The notes under the pieces were generated by a model. The model saw only the letters and a list, made by a program, of their open reading frames with translations, had not been told where the DNA came from and did no database searches. The position numbers were made by a program, and so were the translations under genes. A stretch of 63,856 nt of DNA, filler included, from Hausera hauseri (taxonomy: Eukaryota): the NCBI GenBank assembly GCA_046269625.1. It is 10 parts of 10 records of this genome, joined end to end, with 100 filler letters (N's around TTAATTAATTAA, not from the genome) between each part and the next. Parts side by side here need not be neighbours in the genome. Positions count along the whole stretch, not along the records: positions 5,602 to 15,055 come from JBJURY010374369.1; positions 15,156 to 23,647 come from JBJURY010624330.1; positions 23,748 to 29,676 come from JBJURY010166865.1; 7 more parts are not named here. One strand, given 5' to 3'. Below are positions 14,060 through 25,000 of this stretch, piece after piece; the first letter of the stretch is position 1; each line of letters opens with the position of its first letter.

Positions 14060-15055
14060 AATGGTATCTTACACCACGCTCGTTAAGACGAGTAATAACA
14101 AAGTAAGTTGAACGCATGCTCAAGGCTGATATAATTAGACCAAGCTATAGATCTTGGCATTCATCTATACTCATGGTTAAAAAGAAAGGTTCCACAAAAC
14201 ATCGATTTTGTATTTACTACAGGGCATAAAATACCCTCATGATGAAGGATTCTCTTACATTACAATCAGTGAAAGTAGCACTAAACAGACTCTCATGTGC
14301 AAAATGGTTTACCACTTGACTTACAGTCCGCCTATTGGCAAGTCGAAGTAGAGAACGAAGACGGATATAAAACAGAATTTAAAATCCATCACGGCGTATA
14401 CGAATTCAACGTCATGCCATTCGGAATTACAATTTTACCAGCTATTTTTACGCGGATGATGAACAGACGGTTAATGGGATTAGAACATGCGCTCACATAC
14501 TTAAATGATGTAATGATTGCATCAAAATCAGAGGAAGAACATCTAAAAGATATTGCCGATACCCTCATGAGACTGGAGCAAGCAGGATTAAAATTAAACC
14601 CTAATAATTGCAAATGGGCTCAGAATTCAGTATCATACCTCGGACACAGTTTGAGAAGGAGGATCAAAGCCAGATAAATCATTATTAAACAAAATATCCG
14701 ATTGTATGGAAGCACATAATCAGAAAGAATTGAGACATTGATTAGGCTTATGTGGATATTATGCCATATATGTACCAGATAAATCGAAAATAAATGCACC
14801 TTTGTATCGCTTACTTAAAAATAGAATCAAGTTGAAATGAACAGATGTCGAACAGAAAGCTTTCGACGAAATCCTGACGTTAGCTTGCCATTTATAATTA
14901 AAACCGACCCTAGTAAAGAAGGTATTGGGTATGAATTAGCTCAAAAACGAGACGATGAAGACGATAACTGAAGAAGGCCGAAAAGAATTATTCAGTCACA
15001 AAATTAGAAACCCTAGCTGTGAAGGAAACCCTACGACATTTCAATATTTATGTTT
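14060..15055 (+). pseudogene. Gypsy reverse transcriptase and RNase H
   Basis: MLKADIIRPS..SWHSSILMVKKK, DLQSAYWQV, YEFNVMPFG, YLNDVMI (YxDD), GLKLNPNNC, YLGH, YSVTKLETLAV. Confidence 0.9.
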
Positions 15056-15155
15056 NNNNNNNNNNNNNNNNNNNNNNNNNNNNNNNNNNNNNNNNNNNNT
15101 TAATTAATTAANNNNNNNNNNNNNNNNNNNNNNNNNNNNNNNNNNNNNNNNNNNN
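15056..15155. other. Artificial contig spacer
   Basis: N44-TTAATTAATTAA-N44. Confidence 0.98.
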
Positions 15156-16320
15156 ACTGAGAATTTGGTCGCGGATTTCCTGTCGCGGTTGGACCAATAT
15201 TTTTACCGAAATTCTAAAGCTCAATCAGCCGTCTGCTGATATTCTTAGCTCTTTCAAATCCTTCGAAATCATTGATAGCATTGCATACGATACATCTAAC
15301 TTTGGTAATAAAAAATCATTCTCGATCCTTCTTTGAAGAAACCAGCTTTCCTTCACACGCATTCACTTCCTCATGTAGGCTCGAAAGCAAAGTATCGCTT
15401 GCTCCAACGTCATATAGTTTGGCCATCAAGGCGCACAGATGTACAGGGTTGGATTAAGGAATGCGTCGCCTGTCAAACATACAAAGTCAACAAACATCTT
15501 ACACAGCCGCTTTACCATTTCCCATGTACAGCACGCTTTCATACGGTCCACCTTCACCTCGTTGGACCCTTACCTTCTGATAACGGGTATAAAACATATT
15601 CTCACTACGATGAATCGTGCTACTCGCTGGCCTAAAGCCCTTACTCTCCGTTCAACAAACACTGATTCAGTAGCAGATGCCTTCATTAAAATTTGGATCA
15701 GTCGTTTTGGATCCCCACGGGACATCATAACGGACCAAGGTCCGCAGTTCCAATCGGAACTCTTTAAATCGCTTGTTAAACGCTGGGAGATATCACATTT
15801 CCATACAGCACCGTACCATCAACAATGAAATGGTCTTCTTGAAAGGTTCCATCGAACAATGAAAATTTTTTAAAAATTTTGGCAGACAATCATCGCAATT
15901 TTTCGTCCTTTCTGTCATTTGTTCTACTCGTGTGGCGCAACACTCCTTCGACCACCACGGGTTGTGCTCCAGCCGAGGCATATTTTTGGACTCCAATACG
16001 GCTCTGTTCGAACTTTCTGACCTCGACCACAATCCAACAAACGAAAACATTCGCACGGCACAGTCTCACTTTGTTGAGGTCAGCTCAGACTCGTTCTGCA
16101 GCCTATTTAACAATAAAAAATCGTACATTCCGAAGGATTTATACTCAGACAAGTTTGTATGGATGAAGGATCAATCACCTTCGTGTTTTCGACCTCAGTA
16201 TGTTGGCCCATACAAGCTACTTCACCTCTCATCTCATACAGCTATCATCTTACGTCAAGACAAACCCTACAACGTCCACATTTGGAATCTTAAGCCCGCT
16301 TTCTTCGTCGACGACAATCC
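15156..16320 (+). pseudogene. Gypsy (CsRn1-type) integrase, 3' end of an element
   Basis: NLVADFLSR; HSLPH...WIKECVACQ (HHCC); VHLHLVGPLP; WISRFGSPRDIITDQGPQFQS; HTAPYHQQ; PQYVGPYKLL (GPY/F). Same family as 30744-31715 and 52928-53523. Confidence 0.92.
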
Positions 16321-16834
16321 GGATGCCGATTTTACTTCCACCTGGACATGGCCCTCCATTTTTGGCAAGAGTCACGGTTTGGTGCAACTAGGCCTTCACG
16401 GTTTTCGTCTTTCCTTTTACCTTTTGGCCTATGTTTGTTTGGCAGCCGAACAATCCATATCAGTGTCAAATAAAATCAATATTCTTATTTAGTTGTTTAG
16501 CAGGCTACTAACTATTCTAGCTTCTAATTTTGACCCTTTGTTTCATAACTGTCGTCGAAAAGCCTGGACTAAAGTTAGAAGTAATGAATGACAATACAAG
16601 CCCAACTAAAGCATGTTGAGTACATAAAAATACCCACGGAATTTATCGGTTTTGCATAGCCCTGCAAAAAACAAAAATACGGAAGCTAACTTAAGTCCCA
16701 TAAAATTTCTGGATTTTTACGGTAAGGGATTGACATGTGTCATTATCACGATTTCATTACCATAATATCTTAATGATCATCACTAATTATCGATCTCAAC
16801 AACATTACTTTAGAACGAATTACTTTCCTATTCG

Positions 16835-16985
16835 GAATTTAATCTAAAATATGGTGGATTTCATGATGAATCTCGTACAGTTCAATTAAATCGTAGTAAG
16901 AATGCCGGATACATCAAATGTAAAATGTGTCTTGAAGATTATCAAACAAGAATAATTATCTAAGTCAGGAAGTCGATGTACCACC
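16835..16985 (+). pseudogene. ELOF1: Captured fragment of transcription elongation factor ELF1/ELOF1
   Basis: HDESRTVQLNRSKNAGYIKCKMCLEDYQTRI/NYLSQEVDV (one frameshift) vs ELOF1 [40 protein letters not shown]. Confidence 0.75.
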
Positions 16986-17169
16986 CAATACAGCAACGAG
17001 AAGGACTACCTATATTGATCGCTTCGATAATGTAGTAAAACAGAGTAATTTATCCATAGAATTTGATTACCACCAAACTGGAAAACACAGTGACACAAAT
17101 GGTTATTTATTTGTAACCGTACCATCCGGTATTTGTGTTGCTTCAAAAGACTTTAAAAGAGATTTTACA

Positions 17170-17991
17170 TTGAACAATAATATTACAATTTGTGATAGTG
17201 AATTATTAGACAAATCGGAATTTTATGAAACGCCTTCGGACCAGTTTCTCATATTAAATCCAATATTATGTATGCCGATTAGAAAAAACAATAAACAAAC
17301 GACTAATACTCCATATCAAATTGAAGAAGAGCTGATCGATAAAACTATGCATAGAAAGCATCGTCAAAACTTTTTAGGGCAATTATTGGTTGATACGAAT
17401 ACCACTTTGAATAGCAATTTGGCAGTCATTTGTGATTTGGATATTCCGTCTGATGCCCATTCTTTTACTCGTACGATTATACCCGATGATCCCTGCGACG
17501 ACTTCATATCAAACCATCCGAAGACAACGAGCCATACCGTTGCCTCACTCTACGTATCGGGACTTTCCAACGAGAAACCACTTTCCGAAGATGAGACCAG
17601 TTTGGTTGCCAATGACCACTGTAACACGTTACCAAATTCCATATTATGCAAAACATCACCTTCACCAGCACCGACGCATTCACGACCAAATACTTATTTT
17701 TCATTACCTATACTGCCACAATCCGGAATGAAACGATCACCGGATTTAGATGAAGTTTGCGATCTGTTGAAAAAGACGGATTCGGAATTGGAGAAAATTC
17801 AACAAGACGCTTTTATGGTCATTGATAATGAGGATCTCTATTCGAATTCAGTGACACCGTTTGAAGCGGAAAACCATTTACGAATTGGCGATAGTTGTGA
17901 TGATGTTCCTTTCATTGATGATGATGCATGTTATACCGATTCTTTCTATGGTTATTCGAATTATAAGATGTGGTTAATTAAACATCCATGA
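17170..17991 (+). CDS. Open ORF of unknown origin in the retroelement upstream region (possibly chimeric host fragments)
   Basis: 273-aa acidic, S/T/P-rich ORF ending just before the UBL-gag frame; no family recognised. Confidence 0.4.
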   Translation: MNNNITICDSELLDKSEFYETPSDQFLILNPILCMPIRKNNKQTTNTPYQIEEELIDKTMHRKHRQNFLGQLLVDTNTTLNSNLAVICDLDIPSDAHSFTRTIIPDDPCDDFISNHPKTTSHTVASLYVSGLSNEKPLSEDETSLVANDHCNTLPNSILCKTSPSPAPTHSRPNTYFSLPILPQSGMKRSPDLDEVCDLLKKTDSELEKIQQDAFMVIDNEDLYSNSVTPFEAENHLRIGDSCDDVPFIDDDACYTDSFYGYSNYKMWLIKHP

Positions 17992-18003
17992 CTCTCTAAA
18001 CTT

Positions 18004-21000
18004 ATGGACATATACGGAGCACCCGAACAGTCTGCGATGAACATCGGCCATCAGAGATCGGCCCTCGGCTATGCGACTCGAAGATCATCAGATTGGAAAC
18101 CTGTGCACGTCGGTGATCCGTGCGCCAAAACACGCCTCTGGCATCACTCCTCAACCCTTTCTTTTTTGTTTTTAAAAATAACACACATTTCTGCCATACA
18201 CACTAGTAACATGGATATTGCTTACACCCTCTATATGTCTCTATCCTCCTTCCTACACATTTCCGACTTTTATTTATCGCACCATGGTTCTGTGCTACAC
18301 CCGTCTGACTCACTTTCTTCATTCTCTTCTTCGATCATTCATCTCACCCTTCACTTTCACATCCTAGGTGGTTATGACCCTGATCCTTCTGCTATATATT
18401 CCTCCAAAACACGATCTGGTGGTCTCTCTGCTGACTCTGCACAATCTGCTTCTCCTAACCTTCCTTGCACAGAGTTCTTCATCGATAAAACTAATTCAAG
18501 CCTCACTTGGCTACAATTTCATTTACAATGGCTTAAAGCCAATCATATTACCGATTCTTTCTTGCGCACCAATAGCTTGTTACTTCTTCTCCCAGCAAAT
18601 ATCAAGCATCAAATCAATATTCTTGCTGATATCCTTACTTCTCCAACACCATATGACATGCTTTATGGGTTTGTTCTTCATATTACCGATTTATCGATTG
18701 ATAATATAATACAGAAGTAATTTAACGAACATGCTATAGGCAATCAAAAGCCTTCTGACTTTCTGCTAACCTCTATTTCACACCTAAGTGCTCTTGGCGT
18801 TACCCCCACCAACAATGCAGACATGATTCGTCGTTATTTCCTCTCCTACTTGCCCACTTTTATCAGAGTTCTCCTTACTATCGTTGACGACTCGACGGCG
18901 ATTGAAAAACTTGCATTATTGGCTGATAAAAGTTTCTAAATTTTACAAACTAAAAACTCACAACCCGTAGCTGCAGCAACCACGCATACTCTATCGCACG
19001 TAGACACCACTGTTTTCGCACAGCAACTACAATCAATGCAGAAACAATACGATATTGTACAACATTCAGTTTCTGCCATCACGACCCAACTAAGTAATCT
19101 GTCTATGTCTCGGAGAGGTGAGACCCGTGTATCGCGTGAGCGTAGCCTCTCGAAGCACTCATTTCGTTCTAAATCTCCTGGCAAACAAATGATCTGTTTT
19201 TATCACGATAAATTTTGTAGAAACACAGAAAAATATCTCTTGGGCTGTAAATTTTATGACGAGCGTTTTGCCATGGGCAGCCCTATCTGTATTTATCACA
19301 TAAAATTCCACTCTCTAGCCAGATCGTGTGTTCCGGGATGTAAACATTACAAAAACAACTTCAGTTTTTTTCATCTTCTCTCCCCCTCCTTCTTCTTATC
19401 ATTCATCTTCTTTTCCTCCACAATCTTCAAAAAACTAAACACGCCGCCAGATGTCACGGCACATTCTGGCATAGGCAATACCGCTCAGTCTTCTGGCCGT
19501 CTAAATACCGCCTCCGCAGTTTTTCTGTTAAAAGCTCCACTGTTCTCTAGCAATTCTCCACATATCGATTTTCTTATCGATTCGGGAGCTGCCTTTTAAT
19601 TTTTCCCTTTGTCCTTCGCCACTACATCCACTGCAGTTTCTTCTCCCCCACTTTTCACTGCAGCGGTCAACCTTTGCGAATCGCAGGTACCACGGAACTC
19701 GTTTTTACATATTCAAACTTACCAGGCAAATTTGTCTGGAAATTCCACGTGGCCAATATTAAATCGCTAATATTCGGCTCAGATTTTTTGGCCGAACACG
19801 ACCTGCTAGTTGACTGCAAGTATGGCTGTTTGCTACGTAGAGACTCCGTCGTGAACGTGAACAATTGCGTACCGTACAGCTTAACAGGCACTTCGTCTGC
19901 GAACTCATATGTGAATTTGCTAAATTGCTCGTCGGTTGATAACAACACATTTAGTAGTTTATCTATTTTCTCAATTACATCTCAAACATAAAAGTCGATT
20001 TGAAAACAATCCGTTAAACCGAATGGTAATGGTGGCAATGTCGTTCGTTCATCGCCAATCACAGTCGCCGCCTCCTCTGATAATATACTTAAATCATTTT
20101 TATCATTAGATTACAATCCCAAATCCTACATCATTTATTCTAGTTCTTGCATACTCTAGTTTAAGCGCCCATCAACAACTTATCACCACATTGTCACCCA
20201 ACACCAAAGACCTATCAGACAAAAGGTGAGGCTATTATCTCCTTGTTAATAATATTTTTTATCTGACTGATATTTGGCAGATTTGACAATGACAATTTAA
20301 ATTTAATAAATACCTGCAAACAAATAAATAACCAATTTGTAGAATAAAGTCCGGGAATGTTTGAAAAAAACAAACAAGGCAAAATTTTAATTAGCATGCA
20401 ATTATAAAACAATAGTTTTGTAAAGACGGTCTAACGGCGCAATTGTATGGTGCCGCCTCGAAGCAGAAAATCGGGGCCCGCCTATGCGCCCGACGCGCCG
20501 GCAGCGGAAAACCCGGCCGTGCCCAACCGAATGGGCCGGAGGGAAACAGTCGGCTCGGGCCCATACTCCTCGTAGACGAAAAGCCGTGGAATTAGAGTTT
20601 AACGAACTCGAAAAATCTGGTATCATCCGGAGGTCAAAATAACCATGGGCTTCACCATTGTATGTAGTAGCAAAAAGGACGGTACTTTTCGACAATGTGG
20701 CGACTACCGGCAAGTAAACAATCTAACCATCATGGATGCTTACCCATTAACGCTCATAAAAGACATCCTGTATAGTCTTAACAACACCAATACGTATCCC
20801 GCAATATATCTGCATAAAGTTTACCATCAAATTACCGTTGCACCCGATGACATTCCAAAGACTGCTGCCATAAATCCATTTGGCCTTTACGAATACAACT
20901 TTATGCCATTCGGTTTAGGTAACGCAGCCCAAACCTTTCAACACCACACCGACACCGTTCTCTCAGGCCTTGATTTTGCTCATCCTTACATCAGTGACAT

Positions 21001-21630
21001 ATTAGTTGCCTCCAACTCCGTCAAACAACACTATGAACATCTCCAAATTATTTTTCACAGACTACATCACAGCAACTTACAAGTTAACTTCTCCAAGTGC
21101 AACTTATTTTAGAAACGTGTCAATTTCTTAGGCCACATCATCACTCCTCTTGGCCACTCGCCACAACCTGATCGACTACAGCAATTGAAAAATGTAATAC
21201 TACCAACGACCACTACAGATATGAGGAGTTATCTTGGCACACAACATTTCGTCCATAAATACGCACCTCATTGCTCTGAGCTTACAGCACCTTTCGCACA
21301 CCTCTCATCTGGAAGCAAAAAAGAGTTAATCCAATGAACTTCCGATTTAATGAACAAATTCTATCATTTACGTGAAGGCCTAAAAACCGTCGAAATACTG
21401 GCCTACCCAAAACCCGACGCGGAGCTAATACTTACCACGGATGCCTCTACCCCAGCTACTGGTGCAATACTACACCAGATTTTCAACGGCGTCGATGAAC
21501 CTTTGGAATTTTACTCTCGAAAACTCACACAACCAGAAAGCCGATATTCAAAATTTTATCGAGAGTTACTAGCCATAGTTCTGGCATTAAAACATTTCAA
21601 GCATCTACTCTCTCGTCCATTTATCACCCA
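18004..21630 (+). mobile_element. CsRn1-type Gypsy copy A: UBL-Gag-PR-RT-RNase H, decayed
   Basis: UBL ending LHFHILGG (GG 18367-18372); gag QKPSDFL..LEKLALLAD; duplicated CFYH/CIYH..C...C nucleocapsid motif; FLIDSGA protease; RT (DAYPL, YHQI, FMPFGL.NAAQTFQ, PYISDIL); RNase H LTTDAS, RELLAIV. Confidence 0.92.
20244..20565. repeat. 322-bp insertion (probable solo LTR) with 5-bp target-site duplication inside pol
   Basis: CTCCT at 20239-20243 and 20566-20570; removing the insert and one repeat restores VRLLSPRRRKA, matching copy C VRPLSPRRRQA; termini TGT...ATA. Confidence 0.8.
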
Positions 21631-21881
21631 TGTTAGAGTTGAGATATGGGACGAAACGCGGAGTCTGTGAAACACCATTTATTCCAACTTCATGTTGTAC
21701 ATTAAAACGGAGTTCTCCTTCGTCGAGTTCGTGATTTGACCGCTTGGTGATTTCTTCCGATTGCATTGTTGTCCAAATTCTAAATAAAAAAATGTACCTC
21801 CTTTATTTGGTAAAAAGAAACAAATTTTTAATTTATACAATTTTATTTTGATTTTTTGTTGGCGTTTATTTAACGGAAACA
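21631..21881 (-). repeat. LTR of another element, truncating the RNase H of copy A
   Basis: Minus strand: purine tract AAAAGGGG then TGTTTCC...AATAAA...CTAACA; RNase H homology stops abruptly at 21630. Confidence 0.6.
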
Positions 21882-22029
21882 CCCCTTTTATAAAATTTAA
21901 AATGTTTCACGAAAGTTAATAATTAATATACAATTTAAAATTTATCAATCGAGTTTTCCCTTCATAATATTTAAATTTTTATTTTTCTTGGAACTATATA
22001 ACCGCACTACGTCTATAGTTCAATGAATA

Positions 22030-22495
22030 TAATTACGGTTTTCTCTGTAAGTAGCAATTAGACATCATAAATAAACTAAAAATTAACTGGTGGCATAACG
22101 AAACTTACATAGTTATTTGATTTTGTCTTGCATTTATCCATTGTATAGCGAGAATCTAGAATTAAACGGCAATAATTTTATGTCGAAAAATATTGAAGTT
22201 AAAAATACAAAAATTCCTTACTTAAATAAAAATGTTATTTAACCACAAGCAAAGGTTCATCATTAAATAAAAAAATGCTTCAAAAAATTTAGTTTACTTA
22301 CTCTCATAGATTCTTACTTGGCCGACTAGCATATTTTATTCATCGATTTAAATGCCTTTTCCATTTCATTCTACATTTTTATTTGAAAATGTTTGCGATT
22401 CAAAACAAAAATAAAACTTACCATCTGCTTTTCTACTTTCTTAAGAAACTTGTTTTGATCATCAAGTATAGATAGTAAATGAATTCGTTCTTACT
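22030..22495 (-). pseudogene. Possible remnant of a short-intron host gene (coiled-coil exons)
   Basis: Several GTAAG...AG ~50-60 nt introns on the minus strand joining ERIHLLSILDDQNKFLKKVEKQM|NEMEKAFKSMNK; in-frame stops. Confidence 0.3.
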
Positions 22496-23647
22496 AAACA
22501 ACATAAAGACTAATAATGAAATTTATTATGGCTTTTTATACGAAACTTGAGTAAAAAAAGGTACATGATTTGAAAAATGCGTATAGTCCAGCGAATTAAA
22601 CATTTTATGGGTGTAACATAGTGAAATCCGCAAATTAGAGAATCGACGACTCAAATGTTTACTTAATTTCCAATGAATTTAGAATGAATTAAAATTGTAA
22701 ATATTGAAATACTGGTAGTGGAAGAAATTGATTGGAAAACAGAAATCCATTTAAACTGTTTGAATAACAATTGAACAACAGAAAATCCATTAAAATTGTT
22801 TGAATAACATTAGAAACGTGTACATAGAATTTAACTACAACTATATAAGCAGTGTTCCAAACACCAGAAACCAGAACAATTTTTGCGACTTAGGCTCGCA
22901 GTAATACGTGATCAATTCAGTGCTAACATTGACGTTATTCTATTCATATTACTGACTTTTCTATTCGTTACTGAAGCTTGTGTTGTACGTGGTATCAATA
23001 AAGGTGATTATTTATTTTTACGTGTTCTAAAATTTATAGATTTCCATCGTCTCTTAAAGACGATTTGTACTACCCTAAGGTAAACTATCACTTAACATTA
23101 CATAGTTAGGACGAGATTTTGTAATTTGAGACAGGCAGCCAAACGCATGCAGTACCCGCAATCGGCTAAATTTATTCTAAAATTCTTAAGGCACAAGCAG
23201 ATTACTCGAGAACGAGTAATCCTAACCTGCTGAAAAAGCAATATAAATTTCGTAATAACATTGTTATAGTGGGAGACGTTTAGGGCCACCCCAATTGTAA
23301 CATAAATATGTTATGAATGTCATATTTTTGATTAAAAATCATTTTAAAATTGCATCAATTTTTCTTACTGTTTAAATTTAATATGTGTACTTTTGTAAAT
23401 AAACTTTAATCATAATGGAAAATAAATTAAGATAAATTAAACGTCATATATTGCAAATTAAGAAAAATTATTTTATATGCACATCTTTATTCAGTTTAGG
23501 CGGTATGGGTTCATTATAGGAAGTCTTTAAGAATGCGAGACTTTTTTAGCGAGCTTAATTTCAAATTTTTTATTCAATATCATTGTAATTTCTATAATTC
23601 CATGTGTTTGATAAATTGTATAAACTTAGTCGACTCACGAACTATAT

Positions 23648-23747
23648 NNNNNNNNNNNNNNNNNNNNNNNNNNNNNNNNNNNNNNNNNNNNTTAATTAAT
23701 TAANNNNNNNNNNNNNNNNNNNNNNNNNNNNNNNNNNNNNNNNNNNN
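23648..23747. other. Artificial contig spacer
   Basis: N44-TTAATTAATTAA-N44. Confidence 0.98.
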
Positions 23748-24040
23748 TTCACAATACTATCATGTATTGTGTCTTATACCTGTTGTATTCACAATACTAT
23801 CATGTATTGTGTCTTATACCTGTTTTATTCACAACAGAATTATGTGATATGTCTTCAACCTGTTTCATTCACAATAGTAACACTTGTCGTCTCTTATAAC
23901 TGTTTCATTCACAGTGGTATCACGTATTGTGTCTTATTATTCTTTCATTCAAAATAGTATCACCTGTCGTGCCATACAAACATATCATTCACAAAAGTAT
24001 CAATGTCGTGTCTCATATAACTGTTTCATTCACAATGGTA
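23748..24040. repeat. ~40-bp minisatellite
   Basis: About seven degenerate copies of TTCACAATACTATCATGTATTGTGTCTTATACCTGTTGTA. Confidence 0.85.
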
Positions 24041-24094
24041 TCGATAATTATTGAAGTTATTTGTATTTATTGATTTTTTTTTTTAAATCCCCAG

Positions 24095-25000
24095 AGCGAT
24101 GTTGTGAAAGACAGTGCTTCAAATGTTGCTGATGAAGTTAAAGATGCTGTTGGCAAAGTCGGAGATGTTGCGTCAGATGTTGCAGGTGCTGTTAAAGATG
24201 CTGTTGGCAAAGTTGAAGACCTTGCGTCGGACGTTGCAGGTGGAGTCAAAGATACTGTAGGCAAAGTTGGAGATGTTGTGTCAGATTTTTCAGATGGGGT
24301 CAAAGATGCGACTGGTAATGTCGGCGATGTTATTGTAAGTGCTGCTGATGCCGTTAAAGATGCTGCAGGAAATGTTGGAGATGCCGTTAAAGGTGTCGTA
24401 GAAAATGCTGGTGATACTATCAAAGATGTTGTTGCAGATGCTGGAGATTCTATCAAAGTTATAGGAGATGTTGGAGATGCCGTCAAAGATGTAATCGGAG
24501 ATGCTGGAGATGCTATAAAAGACGTTGTGGAAGATACTGGGGAGGCTATTAAAGATGTCGGAGACTCTGTGAAAGACGCTGCAGAAGATACCGTTGATTC
24601 TATCAAAGATGTTGTAGATGATGCTATTGGGAGTCTTGGGGAAGGTTTAAGTGAGTTAGACGACAGTCTGAGTGACCTAGGAGACAGGTTGAAAGACGGA
24701 CTGCAAGACCTGAATGACCTCTTTCGTGATCCTTTTGACGATTTCAGCGATCTGGAAGACAGTAATATCGCAGCGATGATGTTGGCATCCGTCCTCGGGA
24801 CCAGCAATCAGCAGTCGGGTCACAAAGGTGTCACTCTTGATAGAAGTAATCCCTACAACATCATGCCCATATCACAGCCGCCATTATCATCAAGTGGTGC
24901 CAGCAACAACAACGACCTTGGTGTGGCTTTGCTCACGATGGAACACGCTTTGGATACTGGGATCGATGGCGGACTTGATTTAAACTTTCAGTTGAGATGA
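24095..25000 (+). CDS. Terminal exon of an acidic 11-mer-repeat (LEA/apolipoprotein-like amphipathic helix) protein
   Basis: Polypyrimidine tract plus CAG acceptor ending at 24094 in phase 0; intact ~300-codon frame with repeats like DAVKDAVGKVG and DAIKDVVEDTG; AATAAA ~27 nt after the stop. Confidence 0.8.
   Translation, partial: SDVVKDSASNVADEVKDAVGKVGDVASDVAGAVKDAVGKVEDLASDVAGGVKDTVGKVGDVVSDFSDGVKDATGNVGDVIVSAADAVKDAAGNVGDAVKGVVENAGDTIKDVVADAGDSIKVIGDVGDAVKDVIGDAGDAIKDVVEDTGEAIKDVGDSVKDAAEDTVDSIKDVVDDAIGSLGEGLSELDDSLSDLGDRLKDGLQDLNDLFRDPFDDFSDLEDSNIAAMMLASVLGTSNQQSGHKGVTLDRSNPYNIMPISQPPLSSSGASNNNDLGVALLTMEHALDTGIDGGLDLNFQLR

Larger units (their letters stand above)
7350..15055 (+). mobile_element. 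Decayed Ty3/Gypsy LTR retrotransposon: Zn knuckle - long accessory region - chuvirus-like glycoprotein - protease - RT - RNase H (truncated at spacer)
   Basis: CYTCGQGHIARPCP at ~7458-7500; helical/coiled-coil ORF pieces at 7700-11100; glycoprotein ~11170-12600; protease ~13230; RT/RNase H ~14060-15055; all on + strand. Confidence 0.85.

Noticed and set aside
14900-16320. RNase H at the end of segment 2 appearing to continue into the integrase at the start of segment 3
   Set aside because: Separated by a spacer; the integrase belongs to the CsRn1-type family, whose RT differs clearly from the segment-2 RT.
22841-23520. TATA box, signal-peptide-like exon and micro-exon as 5' exons of the 11-mer repeat gene
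   Set aside because: No clear ATG, and they lie across an artificial spacer from the 24095 exon; linkage unsupported.
23748-24040. ~40-bp repeats as a CRISPR-like array
   Set aside because: Contiguous degenerate tandem units without unique spacers; eukaryotic context; no cas genes.
24067-24807. 246-aa Ser/Thr-rich minus-strand ORF
   Set aside because: Antisense shadow of the repetitive plus-strand exon.
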